Part shown: piece after piece, positions 39,631 to 54,381 of the stretch
Layout of the letters: each line of letters starts with the position of its first letter
Position numbering within the stretch: the first letter of the stretch is position 1
Source of the DNA: Octopus vulgaris
Taxonomy: Eukaryota
DNA length: 64,000 nt
Direction of reading: 5' to 3'
Assembly: GCA_951406725.2 (NCBI GenBank)
Contig: OX597817.1
Span: 33,604,001-33,668,000, forward strand
Translations under genes and position numbers: made by a program
Notes under the pieces: generated by a model
The model's database searches: none
Told to the model about the DNA's origin: nothing
The model's input: only the letters and a program-made list of their open reading frames with translations

Positions 39631-40135
39631 AGGTGCAGGTGTGGCTGTGTGGTAAAAAGTTTGCTTCCCAACCACATGGTTCCGGGTTGGATTTCACTGC
39701 ATGGCATCTTGGGTGTCTACTACTGTTAACCTTGGACTCACCAAAACCTTGTAAGTGGTTTTGGTAGATGGAAACTAAAAGAAGCCCATCATATGTATAT
39801 TGTTTATGTGTGTATGTGTATGTGTAGTGTGTGTGTGTGTGTTTTCTTTGTGTATGTGTTTGTCTCCCACCACTGCTTCACAACCGGTGTTTGTGTGTTT
39901 ATGCCCCCATAACCTGGCGGTTCGGTAAAAGGGAAATGATAGAATAAGTAACAGGTTTTACATAAATAAAAAAACGAATTACTGAGGTCGATAAGTTCGC
40001 CTAAAATTCTTGAAGGTGCTGCCCCAGCATGACTGCAGTCTAATGACTGAAACAAGTTCGCCTAAAATTCTTGAAGGTACTGCCCCAGCATGACCGCAGT
40101 CTAATGACTGAAACAAGTAGAAGGTAAAAGGTAAA
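39631..40135 (+). mobile_element. Diverged SINE-A with a 61-bp tandem duplication in the tail
   Basis: aagttcgcctaaaattcttgaaggt.ctgccccagcatgac.gcagtctaatgactgaaac occurs twice (39993-40114). Confidence 0.9.
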
Positions 40136-40165
40136 ATGTGTATACACATATAATACATGTAGATA

Positions 40166-40203
<38 letters not shown>

Positions 40204-41337
40204 CTTGGGGATTCACCATAAGCGATAAATAATAGGACAGGCTCCATACAAATTGAGTACATTATAACATTTTAACTTTAGTACATTATAATTGTGGGGC
40301 TCCGATTTCTTGTACTCAACGTTACACGTTTCCGATCATCAGCTGGTAAACCTATCCTGGTTTTCTTTTGAATATCCACTGTCTGAATATTTTTTGAAAT
40401 ATGTAATGGTAGTATGGAGAAAACGCTTATCCTTATGTCCTTTCGTTTAAAAACCTTCGTGAACGACACATGCGAAAACGGCTGCTTCAGGCTCACGCTT
40501 TCAGCTTCACTTTTGGTTCTTGTAGTTATATATATATATATAATACACTATCTGTCTAGTATTTGTATATGTAACACTTTAGCGTTTGAAACAGTTGAAT
40601 CTGTCTCACTTTGTAAGATTTACTTTCTAAATCATTTGGCACAAGCTGGAGTTGTTCTGCTTATGTTTTTTGTATTTGTCCCATAATTCTTAATGAAACA
40701 GTTTGAAGTTTTCTAAATTAGCCAACAGCGTTTCTACTTTCTTACAGCAACAACGTCTCTATTTAGTTGTTCTGTTTGTCTTTTGTATTTGAAAGTTCAT
40801 TCTGCTTTCTTAATGTTTAACTATTGCTTCAATATTCATAAATTTTGACAATTTGCCCGCTGTGCTACATTATAAGAGATTTGTTCGTAATTATTATAGC
40901 CCTAACATTTTCTTTTTTTACGTAAGTTGCAACCATAATATTGAATAATGACACTTAAGCTTGATTTAATTTTTTTTTTCCACTAAGACCAATAGAAATC
41001 TTTCTCTAAAATTTCAAAAATTGTTTTCACTTATTTCTAGAGACGTTCTGTTTATTTTTTGCATTCAGAAGTTCATTGTCTCTTAATGTTTTAATATTCA
41101 TAAATTCAGATCATTCACCCGGCATCGCAACATATTAAGAAATGTCGTTGCTATCAGGCGATCCTATAAATAGTGTCCGAAATATCATATATTTAATTTC
41201 TATCAAAGTTTACATTATTCTATAATGTCAAATGACATTGATTGATACACATATGAATTTGGAAACCTTTAACTTAATGTAATTTCTTTTTACAGAATAA
41301 TCTGACCGAATTAATTACTAATATTAACCCCTCAAAA

Positions 41338-42790
41338 ATGGATGTATTGAAGGAGAATTTACAGCAATAATACATTATGAGATCAAAAACGAAAATAGTG
41401 CAGCAGAAGCAACCTGAAATATCCATTCTTATTTCTTTATTGCCCACAAGAGGCTAAACATACAGGGGACAAACAAGGACATTAAATCGATTACATCGAC
41501 CCCAGTGCGTAACTGGTACGTAATTTATCGACCCCGAAAGAATGAAAGGCAAAGTCGACCTCGGCGGAATTTGAACTCAGAACGTAACGGCAGACGAAAT
41601 ACCTATTTCTTTTCTACCCACAAGGGGCTAAACACGGAGGTGACAAACAAGGACAGACAAACGGATTAAGTCGATTATATCGACCCCAGTGCGTAACTGG
41701 TACTTAATTTATCGACCCCGAAAGAATGAAAGGCAAAGTCGACCTCGGCGGAATTTGAACTCAGAACGTAACGGCAGACGAAATACCGCTCAGCAGCTAA
41801 GCATTTCGCCCGGCGTGCTAACGTTTCTGCCAGCTCGCCGCCTTAATATCCATTCTGTTTATGGAGAAGAGTGCCTGAAAGAAAGAAGTAGCGGAAGATG
41901 GTTTGCAAAGTTAAAGGATGGTGATTTCAACCTGAAAGAGGGGCCACAAACGGGACGCCCTGTTGAATTTGATGATGAGCCTCTTTTGTCAGAGCTTGAG
42001 AAGGATAATACTATGACAGTTGAAAAATTGGCAAGCAAGCTCAATTCAAGTCATTCAACTGTTTGCCGCCATCTTCAACAGCTTGGAAAGGTGCCCACAC
42101 TCAGAAAATTAATTCCCCGTGATTTGAAAGAAGCCAAGCGAAAATCACGAGTGGACATCTGCTTACCTCCTCACTCTCATGAACGTATCTTATTATTTTT
42201 GACAGATTAGTGAATGGTGATGAAAAATGGATTTTTAATGAAAATGTTGTGACGCATGCAATGGCTTTGTTGAGGAGAACAGGCTAAACCACAACCCAAA
42301 AAGGACCTCCATGCAAAAATAGGTTCTTTCTGTTTGATGGGACTGCATTGGAGTCGTCCGCTTTGAGCTGCTACTAATGCAACAATTACTTTCCACACCT
42401 ATTGCCAACAATTAGAGCGTTTGAATACTGCTTTGAAGAAAAAATGAAAAAAGACCTGCTTTGGCAAATCGTAAGGGAATGGCGTTTCATCATGATAATA
42501 CAAGGCCTCACACTGCAAAGATTACATCAGAAAAAATCGAAGAACTTGGCTGGAAAAAAATCCCTAACCTGTCTTGTTCCCCAGACCTCGCTCCTTCTGA
42601 TTACTATTTGTTTCAATGCTTTCAGAATTATTTTGATTGTTTAGTACTCAAAAAACCTCAAAGAGGTCGAATCTGATCTCTCTACCTTCTTATCAAAACC
42701 AAAATAGTTTTTCAATAATGGAATTTAAAAAACTAATGAGTAGATGGAAGGAAGTCATCGATAATGATGGAAATTATATACAGGATTACT
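41338..42790 (+). mobile_element. Near full-length degenerate mariner transposase (D,D34D), interrupted by a SINE-B
   Basis: MDVLKE...SAAEAT*NIHS|VYGEECL..RWFAKLKDGDFNL..TGRP; DRLVNGDEKWI; HHDNTRPH; SPDLAPSDYYLF; multiple stops and frameshifts. Confidence 0.92.
41430..41844 (-). mobile_element. SINE-B with two body units, 12-bp TSD aatatccattct
   Basis: TSD at 41418-41429 and 41845-41856. Confidence 0.93.
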
Positions 42791-42952
42791 GTATGTAAAT
42801 ATGTATGAGTGTATGCATACTTTGCGTTGTGTGGGCAGTACATATATATATTCGCACAAACGTTTTTGCAGAATTCTATATCTGTAAATTCTGTTTTGCA
42901 TCGAATTGTATTCTATGGTTTCATGCGTGTATCCTGTGGCTAATATTTGATA

Positions 42953-43041
42953 TATTATTATTACTATTATTATTATTATTATTATTATTATTATCATTAT
43001 TATTCTTATTATTATTTTTTATTATCATTATTTTTTATTTA

Positions 43042-43077
<36 letters not shown>
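42953..43077. repeat. (TTA)n microsatellite
   Basis: Directly visible; a similar tract lies at 49117-49250. Confidence 0.92.
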
Positions 43078-43078
<1 letters not shown>

Positions 43079-43295
43079 GCGAGCTGGCAGAATCGTTAGC
43101 ACACCGGACGAAATGTTTGTGGGTAGTAAAGAAATAGGTATTTCCTCCGTCTTCGTGTTCTGAGACCAAATTCCGCCGAGGTCGATTTTTGTGTTTCATC
43201 CTTTCGGGATCGATAAAATAAATACCAGTTGAACACTGGGGTCAACTTCACTCCTTCCCCAAAATTTCTGGCCTTGTGCCAAACTTTGAAACCAT
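43078..43295 (+). mobile_element. Chimeric SINE-B
   Basis: Head, then a short young-tail piece (tgtgggtagtaaagaaata) at the ggtatt site, then the old-type body. Confidence 0.8.
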
Positions 43296-43349
43296 TGCTA
43301 TAATTATGATCATCATTAATCATAATTATATTTCTTATAATGATTTATT

Positions 43350-43380
<31 letters not shown>

Positions 43381-43644
43381 CCCACCGACACCAGTGAGTG
43401 GTGCAACGACCGTGTGGATTATGCAGAAGACAAATAAGCGTAGGTGGAAAGGCATATCTGCAGGGTTTTTTTTATTTTTGTTAGTATTTGCGTCTAATAA
43501 CCAGTGGCACTAACGATGACTAATCAAACGGATGACACAAGTATAAAGCATCACTGCCGCGGGATAAGCGAACGATATTCTTAACCGGCTTCATAACGGT
43601 TAAATACACACGCACACGCGCGCATACACACACATACACACCTT

Positions 43645-43927
<283 letters not shown>

Positions 43928-44735
43928 GGTGGCTGATATGGATATACGTATATGTGTGTGTATGTATGTATGTATGTGTGTGTTTGTGTGTATGCGAGCG
44001 GGGAATTGAGTATATTTGTGCTCACGAGTATAAGGTTGTGAGTTCGATTTCTAGACCGCGGAACAGCTTAAACTCTTGAGTAGGGCACTTTATTTCATAT
44101 TGCTCTTGTCTACTTGGATGAAAATGAATACCAACCGAGTAGTGATACAGCCCTTTCTCCCTTCAACAGTCACATCTACTATGTCCCACAGACTCAAGGG
44201 GTCGGAGGGTGTCTATATCAGCTCGCGACTACATGGACACTTAAAAGCAAAATTAGGGAAAGCTTGGTTGATGTTCCAAGTGCTTATTACGGTTGTTACA
44301 CACATTCCATTCGTTTGAAGGTCTCACTTTGAAAGACATCGGATCCTTTTACTCTTGACAGTGCGTATGGAGATTGGAGTGTTAAGATCAATAAAACTGA
44401 TATTTGCAGTTGTCAGGGTTTACTTGTCACTATAATACTGAAATCCAAACGAACGGTAAAAAAGGGGCTTCTTTCTAAATTCAGTATTGTAATTATATTC
44501 AAAAAAACGTAATGACATGTCTTGAATTCAGTTTGCGTGAGTTCAGGGATAATAGGAGCCTGTTTTATACGAAATAGCTATAAGAAAACATACGTAGAAA
44601 ATAGATTAACTTTCATCTGTATTGTTAACGTATCCGAGCAAAGGATTCGTAATAATTTTTTCGTCTTCCATTCTCTCTATCTGCTTCATATTTTAGCCTC
44701 TTTATATCTCTCTCTCCATACATATGTATATATAT

Positions 44736-44802
<67 letters not shown>

Positions 44803-45929
44803 CTCACATATATATATGTGTGTATGGACGACAGTTTGATTGGTATGGTATAAAGAAATTCTAGGAATATACATGTACATGCAAGTACACGTAAACTATT
44901 ATCTAGTTCTTTCTCTGTGCAAGCCATGTTCCTGTTTATTCCTATAATTCCGAGATTCTCTCTTTTATAGACTTTAAATTATTTGCTTACAATAAAGAAA
45001 GAATTTTCTTGTGTTAAGTTAAGCAGTCAAACTTTAGTTCGATATATAGTGGCAGACGCAAGCTGGGTTTCTGTTGCGGCAGCAACTTAAGGAGAGCAGT
45101 TTCGAAATAATGGACAGAAGATAAAAAGAGATTTGTCTTCATAAGCAAGAATAAACATAACTTACTGCAGTGTTCTTAACGAGCCGTGTTTCTCCATTTA
45201 AAACAGTAACTTAAAAACTATTGTATGCGAGGTTTTGTTCTTCAGTCATATTCTGCTGAGTAAATCAATAGCTATATATTCGTTTGGGGAATACAAAGCT
45301 TGTCCAAATATTTGATGCTCTTCCTTGGTAGTGTAGTAGCAGGGAAGGAGATTTTAGACGATTCATAATTCTGAAACAAGACTAAACTCGTGACATATTC
45401 TTCGATTTATAATATCTGTAGTTGCTTCTGTTAATGTTACTGCTAATATTGTTGTTGATACTACTACTGATATGGCTGATACTGTAACTGATGTATCGCC
45501 TTCTGTCTATAAAAGTTAGCATTATACTATTATAGTTTATATTTTATGGTAAATATAATGTTCAGCTATTGTAAAATTCCTTAGGCATAATACTATCCTG
45601 ACTCACAAAATAGAGTTTAAATATCCTGATTTGAATGTGGTGTTTCTTAAAACAAACTAGCACGATCCTTATTTGTGTCGACGAAATGAAATATCTAAAA
45701 TTGGATAACCTTTAAACTCTCGACAACGTCTATTTATTGGCATTTTTAGTTACTATAATTCTTCATATACGCTCTTGATAAATTCATCTTTTGTCAGGTG
45801 TGAACAAAGATAGTTCCCATATTTTAAAAGAAATTTATTAAGGACCCAGTGAGATAGATTCAAAAATACTTTCACTCCTCTCCACCCCTAACTATTTTTT
45901 GCCGTTACATTTAACAATTGATTTAAAGT

Positions 45930-46266
45930 GAAGGCGCATGGCTCAGTGGTTAGAGCGTCGAGCTTACGATCGTGAGGTTGTGAGCTCGAATCCTGGACCG
46001 GGCTGCGTGTTGTGTTCTTGAGCAAGGCACTTTATTTCACGTTGCTCCAGTTCACTCAGCTGTAGAAATGAGTTGCGACGTCACTGGTGCCAAGCTGTAT
46101 CGACCTTTGTCTTTCCCTTGGATAACACTGGTGGCGTGGAGAGGGGAGGCTGGTATGCATGGGCGACTGCTGGTCTTCCATAAACAACCTTGCCCGGACT
46201 TGTGTCTAGGAGGGTAACTTTCTAGGTGCAATCCCATGGTCTGTGTCGTGACCGAAGGGGGTCTCC
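45930..46266 (+). mobile_element. tRNA-derived SINE with C-type head and a different 3' body
   Basis: ggcgcatggctcagtggttagagcg...gagctcgaatcc; central gtgttcttgagcaaggcact...cactcagc; imperfect TSD gatt(t)aaagt. Confidence 0.88.
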
Positions 46267-47254
46267 GATTAAAGTATTTCGAAATGGTTTAAACAACTAA
46301 TCCTACAGATACCGGTGTGATTCTCTGCTAAAAAGCCATAACTCTGTGATATGTGATTGAAATCAATATTTTGATGATCAAGGTAACAAAACTAAATAAG
46401 ATTGATCAGATGACTCACTCAATTAGTTCTGAATAGTGTGAAAATCATTCTCTGAAGAGACAGAAATCAATAATTTCTGATACACCAACCTAAGCTATAT
46501 ATTTCGTGCACTGAAGTTTCCAAATAATTTCTTTTCTGGTTTATGCTCACATTTTCCGACATTTTCCGTGACTAATTTAGTTTATCTAGCCTGTTTTCTT
46601 CAGAGATAACTGTCATATTTAGATAGAAAAGTTTCAATATCAGTAGTATGTACTGACCAGTTGACCCACAAGAAATTGAAATCTAAATGACAGCTATTGT
46701 CAGGCAACTTTTCCAATAATCTAAATATTTTTATCTAATTTGTATAAATTTATTATTAAAATACCCATAAATGTTATTTTGAAATCAGGCGATGTGTCTA
46801 TTTATCGGCCCCGTAAGATGTCTCTAATTTCTCGCATCGATTTTAGAGTTTCGTAGGAAAAGATAAGCTGTCTTCCATTTCTTTACGAAATCTCTTTATG
46901 TCCAACAAACTAATGCTTTTAGAATACGACGGCACCTGTAAGGTTTTTCTGCAATAACATTGTTCTTGTTTATCACTTACATTATTTCTCTTTCGTGTCT
47001 GCAAACATATGTATTATTAATAGAAGAGAAATCTATACAGAACTAAGAATATGTAGCCTTTTAATATATTTCATATCTACGAGCGCCATGATTTAGAAGG
47101 AGGCTCCCTGGCAGGCTAATTTTTTCGAACCATTTGTGCATTCTTGCTTGAAGTAATTTCACAACACGCCATTGCCACTTTTGTACAAACCTGAGCCTAA
47201 TGCAATTTTAAAAACAATACATTACCTACATGCTTCCTAATATTTTACAGCAGA

Positions 47255-47378
47255 TCAAGCTGTTGATAAACCGACTCATTCATTTGTATGAGACTTTTCA
47301 ACATATTCTCCAGAATAGAGAACCATTGCCTGTCAAAGATCATACTCTACAGGGAATTGTCTCCTGGTTGTCATAACA
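47255..47378 (+). mobile_element. RTE-clade LINE fragment
   Basis: FSRIENHCLSKIILYRELSPG matches the RTE motif HV.RM.D.RLPK..LYGEL..G. Confidence 0.6.
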
Positions 47379-47481
47379 CACACATCTTTATATATATATA
47401 TATATATATATATACAGGATATTCAGAAAGTTTGGCCCAATTATATATGTACACTACAATAAAAATCGGACGAAACTTTCT

Positions 47482-47531
<50 letters not shown>

Positions 47532-47532
47532 T

Positions 47533-47690
47533 CCCAACGGACTTCTTTTGGTTTCCATCTACCATATCTACTCACAAGACTTTGGTCAGCCTGGGGCTAT
47601 AGTAGAGGACACTTGTCCAAGATGCTATGCAGCAGGACTAAACCTGAAATCATGCGGTTTGGAAGCAAACTTCTTTTTACACAGCCATAA
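47533..47690 (-). mobile_element. Diverged SINE-A, 5' part
   Basis: cttcttttggtttccatctacc...ggctatagtagaggacacttg...acacagcca. Confidence 0.75.
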
Positions 47691-49147
47691 TTGCGTGGGT
47701 TAAGTTTATATGATATAATGATCTTCAGTTTGAAATTTATTCCTACTCTTACTTCCAGAAGCAAAATAAATTTTGCTCTAAATTGTTATTGGCTTTATCC
47801 TCTAAATATTTATTTGAAACACTAACTTAGATAATTGAAAAATACAGAACAATGACTCCTCAGAATTATTATCCTATAGAATTTTGTTTGATTATTAATC
47901 TCGAAATGTAGCAATATGTGAAGACTTCGTAAATATGTGGCTGATGTATTAGTAGAGAAAAAATCGTGAACCACAAAGATAAAATCCATGAAAGGTTTCA
48001 TAGATTTCAGCTAAACATTTGCTCGTTTAATCTACTTCATTATTGTTGAAGGCGACACATTTCAATGTATGGGAATCTCTGTGGTGAACGGCTTCAGAAA
48101 TAATATTAGAAATTTGCAAATCTAGTTACATTATTTATACTATCCCATAATCCCTTATAAGAATATATCAGTTTGCTGAAGTTGTTGCTGTTGTACTTGT
48201 TTACTTTCAGACTAACCTTGATCAAAAGCATCCTAACCATGACAATCTTATTTTACTGACTCAACTCTGATATTTTTTTTCTTTAAGACAGTAGAATCTG
48301 GATTGAGATATATTGGGTCCTATTTCTAGTAGGTTACTAATCACGTGGAGGCTCGCTCATTTGGCTCAAGTTTCAGAAAAGTTTAATTCTTTGCTAGAAG
48401 TTTTCAGAACTTATCTGCAACTTTCACCTCTGTGACATTCAAGTAATCCTTCACAAAGATAACCATTTTTTTCTACATCAGACACTCCAAATTCATAAAC
48501 ATTAATTCCAATGTTTATGTTTATATGTATATTATAATTTTGTCTGCAAGACAAATCAATTCAGTTGATGAATTTAGTTAAATAAGTAACAAGCCAATGT
48601 ATATAGTTATGAGTAAAATTTTTATCCCTGCTTAGTTATACGAAAATATTTTCTTAGCCACTAGGAAAAAAAGAGAAAAACATCTTTACAAAATGAGTCT
48701 AATGATTGCAATCTTAAAACTGTTTTTATGGATTATTGAATTTTTTGCTTGCTGAAATTTGTGATGTTGATGTTTCAGCTTCCCAATTCTGAAATCATTA
48801 TCCCATACAAATGCTTTGAAAAGACAGGAAAGCCATGACTTTAGTTAGTGTGAGAAGTCACATGGACCTTTGTATTAGCATTTCAACAACATTAACATTA
48901 TTCCATTGATGGAGAAAAGAAGAATAACAATGGCGCAAATCATGGTGGCTCTATTTCACTCAAAGTAAAAGATATCATCTTGCTGCTTCGTAGACAAGAT
49001 ACATTAAGAATTGGCAGTTTTTATCTTGACTATTGATTTCTTTTACATATGCGCAGAAGGCCTCCCAAGACGCATTTACCTTGACTATAAAAAAAACTCG
49101 GTTGCTTCTCAAGGCGATTATTATTGTTATTATTATTATTATTATAA

Positions 49148-49193
<46 letters not shown>

Positions 49194-49259
49194 CTCAAGG
49201 CGGTTATTATTATTATTATTTGTTGTTGTTATTATGCTTATTATTATTTATCATGTTTC

Positions 49260-49900
49260 CAACAGTTTTATGTGAGTTTCTATCGCACTAACTGGTCCAC
49301 TTCTTTGTTCCTGATATGTATACAATATTGCTTTGGGGGTTTAGAACTGTATGTTTATACTACTTCGGTATTGCATTCTTATTTCTTGTGATATTTTAAT
49401 GTTTCGTCTAGTTGATAGCATACACGCAATCTAAGTTGTGTAATTTTGTTGGTTGGCTGTTCACATTTCGTACATGCTGTGTAAATGGCGCTTAGTGTTT
49501 TAGTGTAGAGAACGTTCTATATGAGTCGTGTTATATCAAAGGATAGTAAATGTGTAGAATGTAAATTGTGTGATCCGTTGGTGTGACTGTATCGGGTATT
49601 GATTATGCAAGAGTATGTGGTGGGTTATTTTCTTGGGTGATTGTTGCGTAGACTATGTGCTATAGTGTTTAGCAGAGTAAGAGTTGCATGAGAAGAGTTA
49701 TTTTATTCGGTGACAAATGCATAATAAATTTGTTGTGTGCAGAATGTACCGTTCGAGCTGTACCATTCAAGTGAAAGTATCATACGAAGGATATGCATGT
49801 CACGTTGGTATAAATATATTTAGGTTTATATTTTATAAAATTGTTTCTTAGGTTCATATTATGTTTACTGTTCTCTCTTTCAGCCTGTTTATTTCAAATA
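49260..49900 (-). mobile_element. Possible degraded Penelope GIY-YIG region
   Basis: Minus strand KTLSAIYTACTKCEQ...LRLR resembles NVIY.I.C.KC...YIG.T..LR.R. Confidence 0.35.
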
Positions 49901-49999
49901 CTTGCACTTTGACAGTTTCTTTGCCTACTTTTTGACAATATTTTGGTCAGTGGACGGATCAATCTGGATAGGCATATTCCAAATGATTGTAGTCATAGA

Positions 50000-50052
50000 T
50001 ACACTGGCATCAGTTGTCAAGCGATGGTGGGGGTACAAACACAGACACACAA

Positions 50053-50102
<50 letters not shown>

Positions 50103-50253
50103 GACGGGCTTCTTTCAGTTTCCGTCTACCAAATCCATTCATAAGGCTTTGGTTGGCTCGAGGCTATAGTAGAAGACACTTGCCCAAGGTGCCATGCAGT
50201 TGGACTGAACCCGGAACTATGTGGTTCGTAAGAAGGCTACTTACCACACAGCT
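50000..50253 (-). mobile_element. SINE-A, partial
   Basis: Reverse complement of the SINE-A 5' half. Confidence 0.88.
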
Positions 50254-50394
50254 ACATGTTCCAGCTTAACGAAAATATTCAAGATTGACAGAATGTTCAA
50301 CGGTAAACATGCACAAAAGTATTCAGTGCTGACAAAGATGTCCAAGATTAACAAATGTTATGTGCGGATATGATAACAATGTTTACAAATCTTA

Positions 50395-50595
50395 GTGGAT
50401 TGGCAAAATCATTAAAGTGTAAGACAAAATGCTTTAGGCTGTTTGTTCTGGCTCCATACATTCTAGGTTCAAGTCCTGCCAAGGTCAAATTTGCATTTTA
50501 TCTCTTCGGAGTCGATAAAATAAAGTACCCAGTCAAGGACTAGGGTCGAAGGTATCGACTAACACCCTCCACACAAAATTGCAAGCCTTACGCCA
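50395..50595 (+). mobile_element. Old SINE-B
   Basis: ggttcaagtcctgccaaggtc...tcttcggagtcgataaaataaagtacc. Confidence 0.7.
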
Positions 50596-50845
50596 GCACC
50601 CGAATCCCTCCACATACAGGTTTGCCTTCATACCTCTGATCTAAATGAAACCAGTAACTGTGTCAAGTACTGGATACCATTTAATAATTGTTGCTTCATG
50701 AAAAATGAGTGACCTTGTACCTGTATAAAACAATCATTATTTTCAATTTATCTTTAATTTTGTTAGAATAAATGTTTGTAAGCGTAGACACTGCAAATGC
50801 CTGAATTTCATCAGGTTAATGTTAGCAAGGTAGTCGATATTAAAA

Positions 50846-51076
50846 AGGCGGCGAGCTGGCAGAAGCGTTAGCGCGCTGGGCGAAATGCTTAGCGGATTTC
50901 GTCTGTCGTTACGTTCTGAGTTCAAATTCCGCCGAGGTCGACTTTGCCTTTCATCCTTTCGGGGTCGATAAATTAAGTACCAGTTACGCACTGGGGTTGA
51001 TGTAATCAACTTAATCCCTTTGTCTGTCCTTGTTTGTCCCCTCTATGTTTAGCCCCTTGTGGGCAGTAAAGAAATA
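50846..51076 (+). mobile_element. SINE-B monomer, TSD gatattaaaaag
   Basis: Full head, core and tail; flanking 12-bp duplication. Confidence 0.94.
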
Positions 51077-52776
51077 GATATTAAAAAGCTAATTAGAAAT
51101 AGTTAGGTGGCGAGGAAAGATAATATTAATCAATGATTAATATAATTTTAAAAATTTTAGCAAGTAGCAAGTATAGTGGGCAACTCATAAATTACCTTTG
51201 TGTTATTAGGCTTCCAAAGTGAAACGTGCCGAAGTAGCAATGAGAGAATTGCTGAATGATTGTAAAACATTGTATCCGAAAGACTGTGGAAACTAGCATA
51301 TTTTAGAGGGAAACCACTCAGTCACTTATAAGCATAGTAAACAACAGTGAAGCTAGTGTTGGCGTATTGGATGTAGTGGGTATTAAAAAGCTGGTCTTTT
51401 TAATGTCTTCATTAATTCCGATCCCCATATACTGCATTAATACTCCTCACATTTTCTGTTGCGTTGTTACCTCTATTGAACTCATAAAGCAAAATATGAC
51501 GAATATGCTCCTTTGTCACTTCTATTATAGCTTTTGAAAAAATAACTATTAAAATCGAACTGCACTCTTCAAAACTTTCACTAAGAATAAGTTATATTAA
51601 ATTACGACCTGTTTTTATAGCAAGTTGATGTAGGTCAGTTTATCCCGTCCCTCTCCGACTCTTAGATTATGTAATTGAAAAAAAAGACCACATTAATTAT
51701 TTGATAACCCAATATAATTGTGCCTTATTTTCTGTAACTAAGGAACTTTCTGATTTATTTATTCATTTATTTTATTCACTTATTTATGTTGCAATTATTT
51801 CGTTTTCAATTACTGCATTCGTGTAATTTTTAAGAACCCAACTTTTGACATTGGTTATTTTTCACAGTAGAAGTGTGCATTTGAATTACCTGACGACACA
51901 ACACTTCATTGTTATTTGAATTTTAGCTTCCAATTATTGGAAAGCAGGAAAACAAATACATTTCACATTCTTGCTAGTGAAATATTTATTAGCTTGAAAA
52001 TAAATCTAATTCCAAGCAAATACTACTAGCAGAGAGATTAGCTTCTCTTTTTTTACACCTTTATTGTTTTTATAATATATTTTATTTCATATTTAGCCCC
52101 AAACTATCGACATACTTCCCTTCACATTTGAATGGAAAATTAATGCATGCGATAAAATATTGAAGAAATATTTAAAAAATTTGTATCAATTTATTTGTAA
52201 AATGATATGATTGAGGGAGATACAATAAGACAAAATTTAAAACGGCTTTAAATCTGGCCTTTAAGGCATGTTTATTTTACAAGTAGGTGTATTTGTAATT
52301 TTCTTTTTCGCAGAAAAATCCGTTTTATATTTCGTTAATGACGTCCTTAAATATGCCTGTTGGTCAAACTATATGTAAACCAAGTAAAATTTGGCATACA
52401 GTGGTGTAATATCACTAGTTATTGTGGAGATCTCAACATTGTGGATGTATACATTAGTGAGTTGTCACAATGTATAGGTAACAGTTTTATGAAGGAGAGA
52501 ACAGAAGCGACTAATCCAGGGTGATGATGGGATAACTCAGCCACATGGAACAAATAAATAAACACTGTTCCATATATTCAATTCTCTTTTCTTCTGTTTC
52601 AAAATCTTTAAGAGTGGGTGCGTGCGTTATTTATGTTAATATATGATTATATGAGTGTGGTAATATGCAAGTATGTGAACGTATGGATAGATTCGTTCAT
52701 GTATGCATGTATATATGTGTGTGTGTAATTATGTATATATATATATATATATATATATTTATGAGCCCTTTTCAAG

Positions 52777-52835
<59 letters not shown>

Positions 52836-52838
<3 letters not shown>

Positions 52839-53089
52839 AGCCCTTTTCAAGCCTAGCCAGACTCATGGGCCCGGTTTCTCGATTTCTATGGCGTATGTGT
52901 TCTCCCCAACTGGACGGGACGCCAGTCCATCGCAGCGTTACTCAAGAAACAGGAAGAAAGAGTGAGAGAAAGTTGGTCGCCACCTGCCGGAGCATCGTGG
53001 AGCTTTAGGTGTTTTCGCTCAATAAATACACACAACGCCCGGTCTGGGAAACGAAACCGCGATCCTCCGACCGCTGGGCCATTGCGCCT

Positions 53090-53092
<3 letters not shown>
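52836..53092 (-). mobile_element. SINE family C inside (TA)n
   Basis: Reverse complement of the 19217 type. Confidence 0.9.
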
Positions 53093-53172
<80 letters not shown>

Positions 53173-53218
53173 TGTATGTATGTATGTATGTATGTATGTA
53201 TGTATGTATGTATGTGTG

Positions 53219-53290
<72 letters not shown>

Positions 53291-53390
53291 TATTTCTATA
53301 GACTTTAGAGTGACGTATGGAAAAAAGAATACTCTGTACCAGAGTTACATATACGTGAGCGTGAGAGCAATCATATTATATATACATGAG

Positions 53391-53427
<37 letters not shown>

Positions 53428-54044
53428 GTATGAACTTTACATCTGTTAAATATATTTCAGAGTTTGGTAATTATATGATGCCACAATATAAATGCAATCC
53501 ATATGTGCAACTTACAAGCCCAGCGTCTGGATATGACTATTATACTGCAATTATAAGTTGCAGCTATGGATTGCATATACTGTGGGACATCATTTAATTA
53601 CCGAATACTGAAGCGTAATTAACAAATCTGATTGAGGAATACCAACTTTATGCCCATGTCTTTTTTTTTTTTTGCAATATTGGTGTTCTCTTTATATTAC
53701 ATTATAGCCTTTCTCAGACTACATAGAACTCTTTGGGATCACACATCGTTAGGAGTTCAATATGAGGACTAATAAGAGATGCAGCCTGAACGGGAAAATT
53801 GCTTTGCATCGAGTGCATCCGTTACCACTTACATATATGTATATTAATAGTATTCAATATTTATAGTTTGTAGGTATGCATGCTAATTTAAGCTACATAT
53901 GTTTGTTTAATCTATAATTAAGGTTACTTTTAGAAATTCCTAAGTAACGAACTCAACACTCAACTCGTTGGCCGTTTAATTATAATGAATTATTTAGTCT
54001 GTTTGTTCTTTTGGCGTGTTATTAGTTATTTGTTATAATTTTAT

Positions 54045-54061
54045 ACATATATATATATATG

Positions 54062-54118
<57 letters not shown>

Positions 54119-54380
54119 GTGTATATATATATATATATGTATATATGTATATGTATATGTATATATATGTATATGTATATATATATATATGTGTGTATGT
54201 ATATGTATGTATGTATATGTATATGTATGTATATGTATATGTATGTATGTATATGTATATATGTGTATGTATATGTATATATGTGTATGTATATGTATAT
54301 ATATGTATATATATATATGTATGTATATATATATATATATGTATGTATGTATATGTATGTATGTGTATATATATATATAT
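54045..54380. repeat. (TA/TG) compound microsatellite
   Basis: Directly visible. Confidence 0.95.
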
Positions 54381-54381
54381 A

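Noticed and set aside
40300-40345. Minus-strand CTGATGA-tcg-GAAAC-gt-GTA
   Set aside because: No stem II and no stem I pairing.
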